Shown here: positions 9,561-19,087 of the stretch, piece by piece
Position numbering within the stretch: the stretch's first letter is position 1
Layout of the letters: each line of letters begins with the position of its first letter
NCBI GenBank assembly: GCA_015493225.1
Contig: WGDO01000087.1
Location: 514-64,513 of the forward strand
Source: Patescibacteria group bacterium
GTDB taxonomy: Bacteria; Patescibacteriota; Minisyncoccia; Moranbacterales; DUUL01
Reading direction: 5' to 3'
Length of the DNA stretch: 64,000 bases
Notes under the pieces: model-generated
Database searches by the model: none
Told to the model about the DNA's origin: nothing
The model's input: only the letters and a program-made list of their open reading frames with translations
Made by a program: the position numbers and the translations under genes

Positions 9561-11789
9561 ATGACAAAAAAACATACTCAAAAGAAAAAAAACAAAAAGA
9601 AAAAATCATCCACAAAAAAACAGATTTCCTCCAACAAAAAATTCTTAAAAGAAAAGCATAATAAAAAAAGTAAAAAAATAGCCGGAAAAGAAATTGAAAA
9701 AATAGCTAGAGTTCAAATAAAAAAATCATTTAAAGACCGTCGAAAAAAAGTTATTAAAACTTCCTATTTAACTTTTATTTTAGTTTTTGCTATTCTAACA
9801 GTCATTGTAATTAACCTACGCCACCTCTTTCCACCAATTAAAACTTCCATTAAAAAACCAGAACCTCTCAATCTTAAACAAATAGACAATGAGGGAGATT
9901 TTATAAAAATACAAAATAGCTTAATAAAAAAATCATCAGAAATTTCCATAAACAATGAAGAAAAATGTCAAAATAACATCTTATTCAATACCAAAAAACA
10001 ACGATTCGTTACTGTTAATAAAAAATATTTGGTAATTTTAAAAAGAGGAAAATTATTTGTAACAAATCTCACCACAAACAAATACATTAGTAAAACAGAA
10101 ATTTCTCCAATCCCCCTAAAGGAAAAAGAAGCAATTCAATATAATAATATTTATGCAACCGACAATATAATAACCGTCACCGGCTACCGTCAGGCTAAAA
10201 AAGCTTTAGAAATATCTCTATTTGAATTATCTCCCAATGGTATTCTAACAAGAAAAGAAACTTATGATTTACCAAGTAATAAATGTTCCCAAGATGCCAA
10301 AATAATTAACGACAAATTTATTAGTTACACGGCTCGTAATCTAAGAACAACTAATTATCCAACAATTTCAGAAATAAATATCTGGAATGAAAAACAAAAT
10401 ATATTTGATAATAAACACGTAAATAATAGTCAACTTTTTTATAATAACTCAAAATTAGACACTCCCTACCTACACACTATTACTACTTGCCAAATTAAAG
10501 ATTCTGTTCTAAAAGCTTGCCGTCAACAAAATTTCATTGATAATAAAATTGACACATTAACTATTGATTCCAATAATCTATATGCCTGGGTCTCTCATCA
10601 AAAGACAGATAACCAAATAAAAAGAACCCTGCCAACTTCTTTTATTTATCAAATTAATTTACAAGAACAAAGCAACCCCAAAATCATTCAAGTAGATGGA
10701 ACACCTATCAAAAACAATAAGCTCAAAGTGAGCGATGACTACCTTAAAGCAACTATTTATCAAAACAACACTACCGCTCCCACCTGGTTAACAAATTTTT
10801 CCAACAACAGCCTAGCCTTATTATCAATAAATTTAGAAGATTTTCAAAACAAAGGCCTAATTATAGATAATCCTGATAATTATCAAATGCTACCTTCTGA
10901 TATTTCCTATTCTCCGGAAAATAAATTCATCGCTCAAAATGATACTCTATTGGAAATAAATTCTGATAACTCAAAAATAAAAATTACCAAAGACAATACG
11001 TTATCCACAATTGACATTCCTGGAAAGATGCTTACCAGTTACAATATTCCAGAGCAAAATAAACTGCTTTTAATATATGTCAAAGAAAATAACTTGTATG
11101 CTAATTATTTGAATTATTCTAATAATTTTAATTTTGGTCAAGAAATTGTTCTAGCCAACAAAATAGATGAGGAAAATACAACCGTTCTTAAGGATGAAAT
11201 AAATAATTTTAATTTAACTAATAATCAATTTATTAGCCTACCAATTATCAATCAACTCAAAAATAATGGGCAACTCTATCTGCTAACAATAAATTCTGAT
11301 ACACTTGCAAAAGCTTATATTCTCAATATCAACAAAAACTTCCAGAGACTAAATGATGGTTGTCAAAATTCTTGCCAAGAAGATTGGACTAAGTTGCTTA
11401 CATTTTTTCCCAAAGAAAATTTAAATAAAATTTACAGTTTAACGGGCAGTTATTTAAAATCATTTCGCCTTCTTAATCAAAACAAACTACAACTATTACG
11501 CTCCATTAACTACACCCTAAGGCCAGCTCCACCAAAACCTCGTCGACCAAAAGCCAAAATCCCCGGTGGAGCCAAGGTAGTTAATGGAAGATATGTTTGT
11601 GCTAAAAAACATGACTATGTCGGCAAGAGTAAAAAAAATAACAAAGGTTACTTACATATGGATATGGAATGTTGCTTAGACCCAGATGAATATCCAAATC
11701 CTTGGTGTACCTATCAACCAGGAGAACTAAAAGTAACAAAGCTTCGTGCAGCAGACTACCATGGACGAGTTAAGAAAAAACATCACTAA
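9561..11789 (+). CDS. Large membrane-anchored extracytoplasmic protein with Lys-rich cytoplasmic tail and Cys-rich C-terminus (hypothetical)
   Basis: 742 aa. The N-terminal 70 aa are very basic (KKKNKKKK), followed by one TM helix and a long Asn/Ile-rich domain. The last 90 aa carry C..CC..C and a Pro/Lys-rich segment. No family recognised. Confidence 0.5.
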   Translation: MTKKHTQKKKNKKKKSSTKKQISSNKKFLKEKHNKKSKKIAGKEIEKIARVQIKKSFKDRRKKVIKTSYLTFILVFAILTVIVINLRHLFPPIKTSIKKPEPLNLKQIDNEGDFIKIQNSLIKKSSEISINNEEKCQNNILFNTKKQRFVTVNKKYLVILKRGKLFVTNLTTNKYISKTEISPIPLKEKEAIQYNNIYATDNIITVTGYRQAKKALEISLFELSPNGILTRKETYDLPSNKCSQDAKIINDKFISYTARNLRTTNYPTISEINIWNEKQNIFDNKHVNNSQLFYNNSKLDTPYLHTITTCQIKDSVLKACRQQNFIDNKIDTLTIDSNNLYAWVSHQKTDNQIKRTLPTSFIYQINLQEQSNPKIIQVDGTPIKNNKLKVSDDYLKATIYQNNTTAPTWLTNFSNNSLALLSINLEDFQNKGLIIDNPDNYQMLPSDISYSPENKFIAQNDTLLEINSDNSKIKITKDNTLSTIDIPGKMLTSYNIPEQNKLLLIYVKENNLYANYLNYSNNFNFGQEIVLANKIDEENTTVLKDEINNFNLTNNQFISLPIINQLKNNGQLYLLTINSDTLAKAYILNINKNFQRLNDGCQNSCQEDWTKLLTFFPKENLNKIYSLTGSYLKSFRLLNQNKLQLLRSINYTLRPAPPKPRRPKAKIPGGAKVVNGRYVCAKKHDYVGKSKKNNKGYLHMDMECCLDPDEYPNPWCTYQPGELKVTKLRAADYHGRVKKKHH

Positions 11790-11794
11790 TCAAA

Positions 11795-11998
11795 CACCCC
11801 CTGTGTAAAGGGGGTCAAATTCTCTCATTACTTTTATTTGTTAACATAGTTAACAAATAAAAGTAATGAGAGAATTTGGGGGGTTTTTCGATTAATTACC
11901 TAAAAACCCCCGAAGCCTGGACAAGTTCTTTTTTAACTTTCTATCGAAAGTTAAAAAAGAACTTGTCCAACCTTCCGCCCCCCCCCCTAAAAAGGGGA
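11795..11998. repeat. Composite repeat: family C hairpin element (11795-11888) followed by family D hairpin element (11903-11998)
   Basis: Family C: caccccctgtgtaaagggggtcaaattctctcattacttttatttgttaacatagttaacaaataaaagtaatgagagaatttggggggttttt. Family D: cccccgaagcctggacaagtt...aacttgtccaaccttccgccccc. Family D recurs inverted at 39645-39730. Confidence 0.8.
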
Positions 11999-12059
11999 CA
12001 ACTTAAAGTCAATGACTTTGCATATGACCCCTATAAACTGTGAGCTATGAACCAAATAC

Positions 12060-12356
12060 TTAAAAACCAATTTTCCCACTCTTACCATTTAAATCCTCGG
12101 CTATATCGATCTTTCCAAACTGATCTTCGTAAGCTTTTAAAGTATTCTGCATCACTTCTATCATTTTTTTAAAATGCCCAGGAGAAGTGGTAATCTTTCC
12201 AACCATTTTTCCTGTTGGTGGCAAAATGTGCGCAAAAAGCAAATTAAATTCTTCTTTGTTATGTAAAATCTGCATTAGATTAGCATACTCCGCCCCCGCA
12301 ATATTATCGGAAATTTTAATCTCTTGTTGTTTAACCTGTTTATTATTTTTTGTCAT
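12060..12356 (-). CDS. DUF3467-family small protein
   Basis: 98 aa. The pattern AEYANLMQILHNKEEFNLLF...GKITTSPGHFKKMIEVMQNTLKAYEDQFGKI matches what I recall of DUF3467 (YSNxxxIxHSxxEFxxDF...LxxxLxxxIxxYExxFG). Confidence 0.5.
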   Translation of the reverse strand: MTKNNKQVKQQEIKISDNIAGAEYANLMQILHNKEEFNLLFAHILPPTGKMVGKITTSPGHFKKMIEVMQNTLKAYEDQFGKIDIAEDLNGKSGKIGF

Positions 12357-12452
12357 CTTTGTGCATTATTAATTTTTATAATTCTAGGTTAAAATCTGAA
12401 ATTTAATTCCTACATCTCTAAATGGTAGTTTAAAATTCCTAATTCTTAATTT

Positions 12453-13397
12453 CTAATTCTTAATTATTTTTGCCCATTCTTGCAATGCCTCCTCATAATT
12501 CCGCAAAGGTTTTCTTTTTCTATTTTGCAAAACAGAAACTTCTGCTCTTTTAGCCGGACGAGGAAATTCTTCTGGACCAACCGGAATTATCTTAGTATCC
12601 AATCCGAGTATTTTATACAGAGTTTTCAATCCCTCATACCAAGTAACTGCCCCTTCATTTACAATATGATAAATTCCAAAAGGTTCATTTTCTTCTACAA
12701 TATTTTTACTTTCCAAAGCTAAATCGGGAGCATAGGTAAATTTACTTAACTCATTATCTACCGCCTTTACTTCTTTGTTTTTTTTACCCAGATCCCCCAT
12801 TACCTCAAAAAAACTCTTTTTTCCCAAAGCATTTTTACTCAATCCTCCAAATAATTTTGACAGTCTAATAATGTAATATTTTTCACCTTGCTCCTCCACT
12901 GCTTGTTCTCCTTTGTATTTTGTCCAACCATAGCGACTTAAAGGATTGGGCTGGTCTTCTTCGGAATATTGCCAATAAGGAATAGTTTCTTCTTTACCCA
13001 TATATTGGCAACCATCACAACCACTGCCACAACAATGGGGAGCTCGTTGTCCACTCCGATAAGTCGGTCTTTTACCATCAAAAACATAATCTGTTGAATA
13101 GTGCGCCAAAACAGCTTCTAGATTTTTAGCAATTTTAGCCAGTTCTCCTGGCAGTTCTGTGTTTAAAATTTTTGCCTTGGCATATTCTTCATCATCTTCT
13201 TCACAAGAATCAACCGCATTATAAGCCACCGCATTATAAATTACATCCGGCCAAACTTCTTGAATCTTTTTTCGTAAATTTTCAAAGTCTCGTACATCCA
13301 CATCATCAATGTCCCAAGCAACCACCTCATATTCCGATTTCACCCCAGGCGCCTGCCCCTCGAAGCCATTTTGGCGAAGTGGGGTAAAGGGGGTCAA
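12453..13397 (-). CDS. dTDP-4-dehydrorhamnose reductase-like protein (RmlD family). The ORF lacks the Rossmann GxxGxxG, which lies upstream in another frame across a repeat insertion
   Basis: STDYVFDG and YGWTKYKGE match the RmlD catalytic Y/K region, and NAVAYNAVD matches the RmlD NAAAYTAVD motif. The ORF starts on TTG inside family C repeat copy 13383-13435. The canonical N-terminus MQKILILGSKGMLGSELVRLYGDGF is encoded at 13403-13519 in a different frame and terminates at a TGA inside the repeat. A Cys-rich insertion (HCCGSGCDGCQY) is also present. Confidence 0.55.
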   Translation of the reverse strand: MTPFTPLRQNGFEGQAPGVKSEYEVVAWDIDDVDVRDFENLRKKIQEVWPDVIYNAVAYNAVDSCEEDDEEYAKAKILNTELPGELAKIAKNLEAVLAHYSTDYVFDGKRPTYRSGQRAPHCCGSGCDGCQYMGKEETIPYWQYSEEDQPNPLSRYGWTKYKGEQAVEEQGEKYYIIRLSKLFGGLSKNALGKKSFFEVMGDLGKKNKEVKAVDNELSKFTYAPDLALESKNIVEENEPFGIYHIVNEGAVTWYEGLKTLYKILGLDTKIIPVGPEEFPRPAKRAEVSVLQNRKRKPLRNYEEALQEWAKIIKN

Positions 13398-13435
13398 AGA
13401 TTCGAGGTCACGAGAATCTTTGGGGGTTTTTCAGT
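13383..13435. repeat. Short family C repeat copy (ggtaaagggggtcaaagattcgaggtcacgagaatctttgggggttttt) inside the rmlD-like gene
   Basis: Same conserved ends as 4695-4786 and 11795-11888 with a short palindromic core gattc-gaggtcac-gagaatc. Confidence 0.75.
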
Positions 13436-13524
13436 ATTAAAACCATCACCATACAACCGCACTAACTCCGACCCTAACATCCCCTTCGATCCTAAAATCA
13501 ATATTTTTTGCATAAATAATTATT

Positions 13525-14778
13525 TTAATTGTTTGATTTTTTCACTATCCTATCAATAGCTAATTTATAACTGGCGCGCCGATAAGTTAAATTTTCTTTT
13601 CTGGCCATTGTTTTCACTTCCTCATAGGCACCGACAATTTTCTCTTTTAATTTATCATTGACCTCTTCCAAACTCCAGTGCTCATTGTCCAAATTTTGGC
13701 GCCATTCAAAATAAGATACAATCACTCCTCCGGAATTAGCTAAAATACCGGGAATAATTTTTATCTCATTATTAACCAATGTTCTCTCCGCTATTGGTAA
13801 AATCGGTCCATTGGCCAACTCCAGAATCATTTTAGCTTTGATTTTTTCGGCATTTTTGGCGGTAATTACTCCGCCCAGAGCCGCCGGAATTAACAAATCC
13901 ACTTCTGCCGTTAACAATTCTTCATTGCTAATTTTTTGTTCTTCTTGATAAGTAATTAATTTTTTGATTTTATTTTCTTCACCATAAATATAATCGATTA
14001 ATTTGGGGATATCCAAACCATCTTTATTATACAACCCACCGGAAGAATCGGAAACGGCCACCACTTTATAGCCGGCTTTAAACAATAAATCGGCCATCAC
14101 CGAACCGGCATTTCCAAAGCCTTGAATGGCCACGGTTATTTCACTTTTATCTATTACCGATTCATACTCTTTTTCCAAAATATAAAATCCTCCCCGAGCA
14201 GTGGAACGGTCTCGCCCTTCCGAACCTCCTTTTTCTATCGGTTTCCCGGTGATGAATGCCGGACTGGGTTTACCGGCAATTTTCTCGTATTCATCTAACA
14301 TCCAAGCCATAATTTGCGGATTGGTATTTACATCCGGAGCGGGGATATCCTTATGGGGGCCAAGAACCTCAAAAAGAGCCCGCACATAACCGCGAGCAAT
14401 TTGCTCCAATTCTTTGTCGGAATAATTTTCCGGATTAATTCTTACCCCTCCTTTGGCTCCACCATAGGGTAAATCAACTAAAGAAGTTTTTAGGGTCATT
14501 CCGAAAGCCAATTCAGTTACTTCATCCAGGTCAACTGCCGGATGAAACCTAATTCCTCCTTTGCCCGGACCTAAAATGGTATTATACTGAACCCGCCAAG
14601 CAGTGATTATTTTCACAGAATTGTCATTTTTGGTAATCGGATAATTCACTTGCACAATTCGTTCCGGTTGTTTTAGTAAAATCAACCGGTCCTTACTTAA
14701 TAATTTTTCTTGTCGAATGTTTTCCAATTCGGTTTTACAATTTTGGCAAACTATCAGCTCCCCTTCTCCATAAATCAT
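13525..14778 (-). CDS. Glutamate dehydrogenase (Glu/Leu/Phe/Val dehydrogenase family)
   Basis: GPGKGGIRFHP substrate motif, catalytic-Lys region GGAKGG, C-terminal NAD(P) Rossmann IQGFGNAGS. A short N-terminal Cys-containing extension is present. Confidence 0.88.
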   Translation of the reverse strand: MIYGEGELIVCQNCKTELENIRQEKLLSKDRLILLKQPERIVQVNYPITKNDNSVKIITAWRVQYNTILGPGKGGIRFHPAVDLDEVTELAFGMTLKTSLVDLPYGGAKGGVRINPENYSDKELEQIARGYVRALFEVLGPHKDIPAPDVNTNPQIMAWMLDEYEKIAGKPSPAFITGKPIEKGGSEGRDRSTARGGFYILEKEYESVIDKSEITVAIQGFGNAGSVMADLLFKAGYKVVAVSDSSGGLYNKDGLDIPKLIDYIYGEENKIKKLITYQEEQKISNEELLTAEVDLLIPAALGGVITAKNAEKIKAKMILELANGPILPIAERTLVNNEIKIIPGILANSGGVIVSYFEWRQNLDNEHWSLEEVNDKLKEKIVGAYEEVKTMARKENLTYRRASYKLAIDRIVKKSNN

Positions 14779-14840
14779 ATTTTTAAAAAATTAATTATTA
14801 TCAAATATTTTAACTTATTAACTTATTAGTTGTAACTTCT

Positions 14841-15989
14841 TTACTTTTTATATCCTCTATTTAATCTTACTTTTGACAACACTAACAAACTTGATCCACC
14901 CACAATCAAGGAAAGCAATAACATCAAAACAAAAAACGACCACCTATTCAAAACAAATCCCGTCACAAAAACAATCGCTGAAGCCGTTAACTTAAGCAAC
15001 AAACTTTTTAAAGAAAGAATACTGGCTCGATTTTCATCTCGGATAATCTTATTGATTTCAACGGTCAATTTTGTACTTAATATTCCTCTAATAAAATTAA
15101 TTAACAACACTCCCAATAGGGAAAGCAAAAAATATTTTGTTGCTCCCATTAACAACATCGCTATCACCAACCACATTAACAGTAAATTCAGAGTAAAATA
15201 TTTGCTTTTCTTTTTCTGATAAAAAATAATCCCCAAGGAAACAAATAATAAAGCCACTCCGGCGACCATTCCGCCATATTTAATATCAAGACCCAATTCC
15301 AAAAACAAGGCATTGTATAACCATTTTAGATTATAAAAGAAGGCGCCAGTCAAAGCGGAAACTGTAACCAATTTAAAAACGATTTTCTTTTGTAAAAAAT
15401 ATTTCAAACCTTCCCTACTCGCCAAAAACAAATTTTCTTGTTTATTCTTTCTTTGTTTCATTTGAATAGACAATAAAATTATCGCCGACAAAACAAACAA
15501 AATTCCGGTTAAATAAAAAGGATAATTTAAATCAAAAGACGCCAACCAGGCCCCAAAACTGAAACCAAAAGCGGACATTAACACCGAATAAAATTTAACT
15601 TGTGCTAAATCTTTTTTAAAATCCTGACTAACTGTATGTAATAAAGCCGTATTGCTACCGGAAACCAAAGACCCGCCCAAAGCATAAATCAAATAAAACA
15701 ATGCTACTCCAAAAACAGATTGACTGAAAACAGTCAAATAGAACATTCCGGATGCTAACAACAAATAACCACTGATTACGGATAATTTATGTGAAAAATA
15801 ATCTCCAATCACTCCGGTCGGATATTCCAATAAAACCGTCAAAATATAATAACCGCCGATAAACTGAAAAACCTCTCCTTTGCTGAAACCCTTACTCATT
15901 AAAAACGAAACAATTACAATCGCCCAAAAAACTCCCGAAGAAATCACCAGGGCTACTTTTATTTTTTGAATATCATTATTTTTGTTCAC
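14841..15989 (-). CDS. MFS-like multipass transporter (paralog of 27692-28840)
   Basis: 382 aa with about 12 hydrophobic helices. It shares a YPTGxxxDxFSHK motif with the ORF at 27692-28840. Confidence 0.55.
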   Translation of the reverse strand: MNKNNDIQKIKVALVISSGVFWAIVIVSFLMSKGFSKGEVFQFIGGYYILTVLLEYPTGVIGDYFSHKLSVISGYLLLASGMFYLTVFSQSVFGVALFYLIYALGGSLVSGSNTALLHTVSQDFKKDLAQVKFYSVLMSAFGFSFGAWLASFDLNYPFYLTGILFVLSAIILLSIQMKQRKNKQENLFLASREGLKYFLQKKIVFKLVTVSALTGAFFYNLKWLYNALFLELGLDIKYGGMVAGVALLFVSLGIIFYQKKKSKYFTLNLLLMWLVIAMLLMGATKYFLLSLLGVLLINFIRGILSTKLTVEINKIIRDENRASILSLKSLLLKLTASAIVFVTGFVLNRWSFFVLMLLLSLIVGGSSLLVLSKVRLNRGYKK

Positions 15990-16069
15990 TGTTTTTCAAT
16001 CTGAATTAAAACTATTATCACCGCCCCTTCACTTCCTTGTATAACATAAGGAAGTGCCCGTTATTTATT

Positions 16070-16612
16070 TTAGTTTATTTCGTAACCGGCTTTTATCCAG
16101 GCATTAATTCCTCCGTCCAATTCATAGACTTCGGGAAAATCAAAAGCTTTTGCCAGTACTTCCGCCTGTCCACTGCGATGACCGGACCGACAATAATAGA
16201 GATATTTTTTATTTTTATCTAATTTGGAAACTTGCTCTTTGAAGTCCGGAGCATAAAAATCGATATTGATTGCTCCTTTTATGTGTCCCGCTTGATATTC
16301 TTCCGGAGTCCTGATGTCCACTAATACATATTCGCCACTTTCCATTTTTTCTTTAAACTCCGCCGGAGAAATTAAGTATACGCCGTTTTTTGTTTTGTCG
16401 GTTGTTTTAAGTGTGGAAGTGATTGCTTTGGAATTACTAGATTGACTTTGGGTGGCAACATTATTATTGCCAAAATTTTCCGCTTTATTATTTCCACATC
16501 CCGCCAATAAAACAACACTTAATGCTATTCCTCCTAAAACTATTATTTTTTGTTTTTGCATAATTTTTAAATTAATTATTAGGAACTTAATATTATTATA
16601 ACACATTTTCAA
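16070..16612 (-). CDS. Rhodanese-domain lipoprotein
   Basis: Signal peptide with lipobox LLAGC, a Ser/Asn-rich linker, then a single rhodanese domain with active-site CRSGHRSG. Confidence 0.7.
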   Translation of the reverse strand: MKMCYNNIKFLIINLKIMQKQKIIVLGGIALSVVLLAGCGNNKAENFGNNNVATQSQSSNSKAITSTLKTTDKTKNGVYLISPAEFKEKMESGEYVLVDIRTPEEYQAGHIKGAINIDFYAPDFKEQVSKLDKNKKYLYYCRSGHRSGQAEVLAKAFDFPEVYELDGGINAWIKAGYEIN

Positions 16613-16630
16613 ATTTGAAAAATAAAAAAA

Positions 16631-17098
16631 TTAATACCCTTTTGGTGGTTGTTTTTTCTTGCCTAGTAATTTAAATTTCTTTTCTTTAATTTCCTGCAAT
16701 ACTTGTTCCACAGATTGATCAAACTTTTTCAAATTAACACCCCTCTTTTTCATAATTTCTCGCACTTCTAATAAAGTCTTTTCAAAATTATTTTTATTTT
16801 TAGTATTTATATCTTTCCAGGCAATATCTTTTAAACTCTCTGCGTATTTTTGATTAAAAGATAGTTCGCCAATACTCATTAAGCAAGCAATAGCCGGATA
16901 ACCAAGATAACCAACCCAGTAAGAGCCATTATCGTTGGCCATAATTGCATTTTTCTTTTTATCAAAAATAATTGTATAAAACTTTTGCCCACTAGACGAA
17001 TAAACTCGCAACTCACCATCAACTTCTTTGATCCTCCCATCGGCCAAACACCCCAAAGCCTCATAAATTTTAATTTCCGGTGGTATTTTCCACTGCAT
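16631..17098 (-). CDS. Hypothetical protein
   Basis: 155-aa ORF with clear coding periodicity and a Lys-rich C-terminus. No family recognised. Confidence 0.4.
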   Translation of the reverse strand: MQWKIPPEIKIYEALGCLADGRIKEVDGELRVYSSSGQKFYTIIFDKKKNAIMANDNGSYWVGYLGYPAIACLMSIGELSFNQKYAESLKDIAWKDINTKNKNNFEKTLLEVREIMKKRGVNLKKFDQSVEQVLQEIKEKKFKLLGKKKQPPKGY

Positions 17099-17253
17099 TG
17101 GATTGTAAAAATTAAAAACAATATTTTAAATCCTTTAACATCTTTATTATACCACATCAAAATACAAAACCAAATACAAAATTAATCTGGACTTACTCAA
17201 TTTTATATGTTATACTAACAATGTTTTGAAAAATGACGAATGAAAAAATAACT

Positions 17254-17324
17254 GCGGGTGTCGGTTAATGGTAAACCACAGGTCTCCAAAACCTGGACTG
17301 TAGGTTCGATTCCTACCACCCGTG
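17254..17324 (+). tRNA. tRNA-Trp (anticodon CCA)
   Basis: Cloverleaf read by hand: acceptor GCGGGTG/CACCCGT (G1-U72), D arm GGTT-AATGGTA-AACC, anticodon stem CAGGT/ACCTG with loop CTCCAAA, T arm GTAGG-TTCGATT-CCTAC, discriminator G. Confidence 0.8.
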
Positions 17325-17335
17325 CAAAGCATAAA

Positions 17336-17364
17336 AAAACAGCTTGCATGAGCTGTTTTTTTAT
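17336..17364 (+). terminator. Rho-independent terminator after tRNA-Trp
   Basis: acagct-tgcatg-agctgt followed by ttttttt. Confidence 0.6.
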
Positions 17365-17374
17365 ATTCAACTTT

Positions 17375-18955
17375 TTAGTTTGCATCCGCGCCGATAAATC
17401 TTTCATTGGCGATATATTTTTTAAAAGTAGCTAAAGCACGGGGAGAGGAATCCAGACGAATAGTCGCCCAAAGATCATCATCTTCTTCCCAATTTTCGTG
17501 CCATGGTGAGATGGCTTTAAATTGCAGAGAACTAGCTGGATTTAAAATATATTCAAAAGCTCCTGCCAGCCACTTGTCCTTTCGTCCTAAAGGATGATGG
17601 TCTGTCACTCCGAATTCTAACAAAGCCAAAGGTTTAGTTTTAATCCCCGGGATTTCTAAAATATTTTTTTGCGTGTCACGCATAATCTCCGGAAAAGTGT
17701 CCCAATAATCTTCATCTGGATTTTGCGGACCATAAGCACTAATACCAATCCAATCAACATAATCATCTCCCGGATAATAATTTTTTTGTCGATTCCAAGC
17801 CACATCAGGATCAGAATAAACATCTGGATGCCAAAACCAAGTTACATTATTAACTTTCTCTTCCCGAAAAATATCTTCTATATGCCTATAGGCATCCACA
17901 AATCTTTCTGGCCCATCCGCCTTTTGAGGATCACCATATTTAGTTTTTACTCCACCTCCATTAAGAGCACCGCTCCAGGGGAACCAATTACCATTCATTT
18001 CCAAACCAAAATCAATTAAAATCATATTTCCATAATTTTTCACATCCTTAGCATATTGATGCAAATCTTCATCAAATTTTCCATCAATAATTTTTTGCAA
18101 GGAAAAATTTTTATCATAGGCTGTATCTAAAATCTTACGAGGCATCATTCGCACAAATGGAATTGTCCCCGTGGAAGCAATATCCTCCACCTTCTTTAGG
18201 GGAAATTTCAAACCATCCCGCCCCCAATTATTTGAAAAATAGGCCCATTTGATATTTTTACCAACCAAATTATTAAAATCTACAATCTTCTTAGCTGTCA
18301 CATAATCTTCCGGACCACCAAAATCCGGAAAAGCCCCAAAATAAATTTTATCTCCCTCCGGTGGCAACAGGGTTAAATCCTCATCGTCTCTTTCGGACAA
18401 GTAATGACTGATTGGTTCTCCATTAAAAAACATTTCCGTATTCTCAAATCCGAAAAACTGCTTCATTGTTTTCTCCAGTTGAGCAATAATTCTCGGGCTA
18501 TCACAGGCACCACCACCCAATCCTTCACCATTTAACTCAATCCGTTTTACCTTATTATCTCCTTCTACAATTTTACCCCGCAAAGGTGTTTCCATATTAG
18601 CAAAAACATTATATAAATTATTATTATCATCAACATAACTTAATAATTTATTCAAAGTTTCTTGTGGTGATAAATTTTCCCCAACCACCACCGGTAATAA
18701 CTTATCATCACAACCGAATGTTTCACCTTTCGTTGTTTTTATCAATTCGCTACCATCCAAAACCGTCAAAAATATATTCGTTTTTTTATTTTCAACTGAC
18801 TTACTTATATTTTTATCATGTCCCCCTTTGTTTATCCCAAAAACATTTTCTCCTGGGCTGGAATTACTAAATACCGAACCGAAAAGATAAACCCCAATCA
18901 ACCCCAAAAAAACCACTCCCCCGGCAATTAAACTATAGATTACTCCTTTTTTCAT
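17375..18955 (-). CDS. Secreted glycoside hydrolase family 26-like (beta-mannanase-type) protein with N-terminal GerMN-like domain
   Basis: N-terminal TM/signal. The domain GCDDKLLPVVVGE...GGGACDSPRIIAQLEKT resembles GerMN. The catalytic domain carries the GH26 acid/base motif (LEMNGNWFPW, cf. HEMNGxW) and the nucleophile motif (LLEFGV, cf. TELG). Confidence 0.55.
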   Translation of the reverse strand: MKKGVIYSLIAGGVVFLGLIGVYLFGSVFSNSSPGENVFGINKGGHDKNISKSVENKKTNIFLTVLDGSELIKTTKGETFGCDDKLLPVVVGENLSPQETLNKLLSYVDDNNNLYNVFANMETPLRGKIVEGDNKVKRIELNGEGLGGGACDSPRIIAQLEKTMKQFFGFENTEMFFNGEPISHYLSERDDEDLTLLPPEGDKIYFGAFPDFGGPEDYVTAKKIVDFNNLVGKNIKWAYFSNNWGRDGLKFPLKKVEDIASTGTIPFVRMMPRKILDTAYDKNFSLQKIIDGKFDEDLHQYAKDVKNYGNMILIDFGLEMNGNWFPWSGALNGGGVKTKYGDPQKADGPERFVDAYRHIEDIFREEKVNNVTWFWHPDVYSDPDVAWNRQKNYYPGDDYVDWIGISAYGPQNPDEDYWDTFPEIMRDTQKNILEIPGIKTKPLALLEFGVTDHHPLGRKDKWLAGAFEYILNPASSLQFKAISPWHENWEEDDDLWATIRLDSSPRALATFKKYIANERFIGADAN

Positions 18956-19087
18956 TTTTTTGTTTTTAATTTATTATTAAATATATTAATATTATACCAC
19001 CAATCCACCAAAAAACAAAAACTGATTTACTTTCACCCTAATGAGTTGTATACTAAAGACAGAATTAAATTTATCTAAAATCATAAT

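Noticed and set aside
17215-17406. 63-aa minus-strand ORF
   Set aside because: It overlaps tRNA-Trp and its terminator and has no coding signal.
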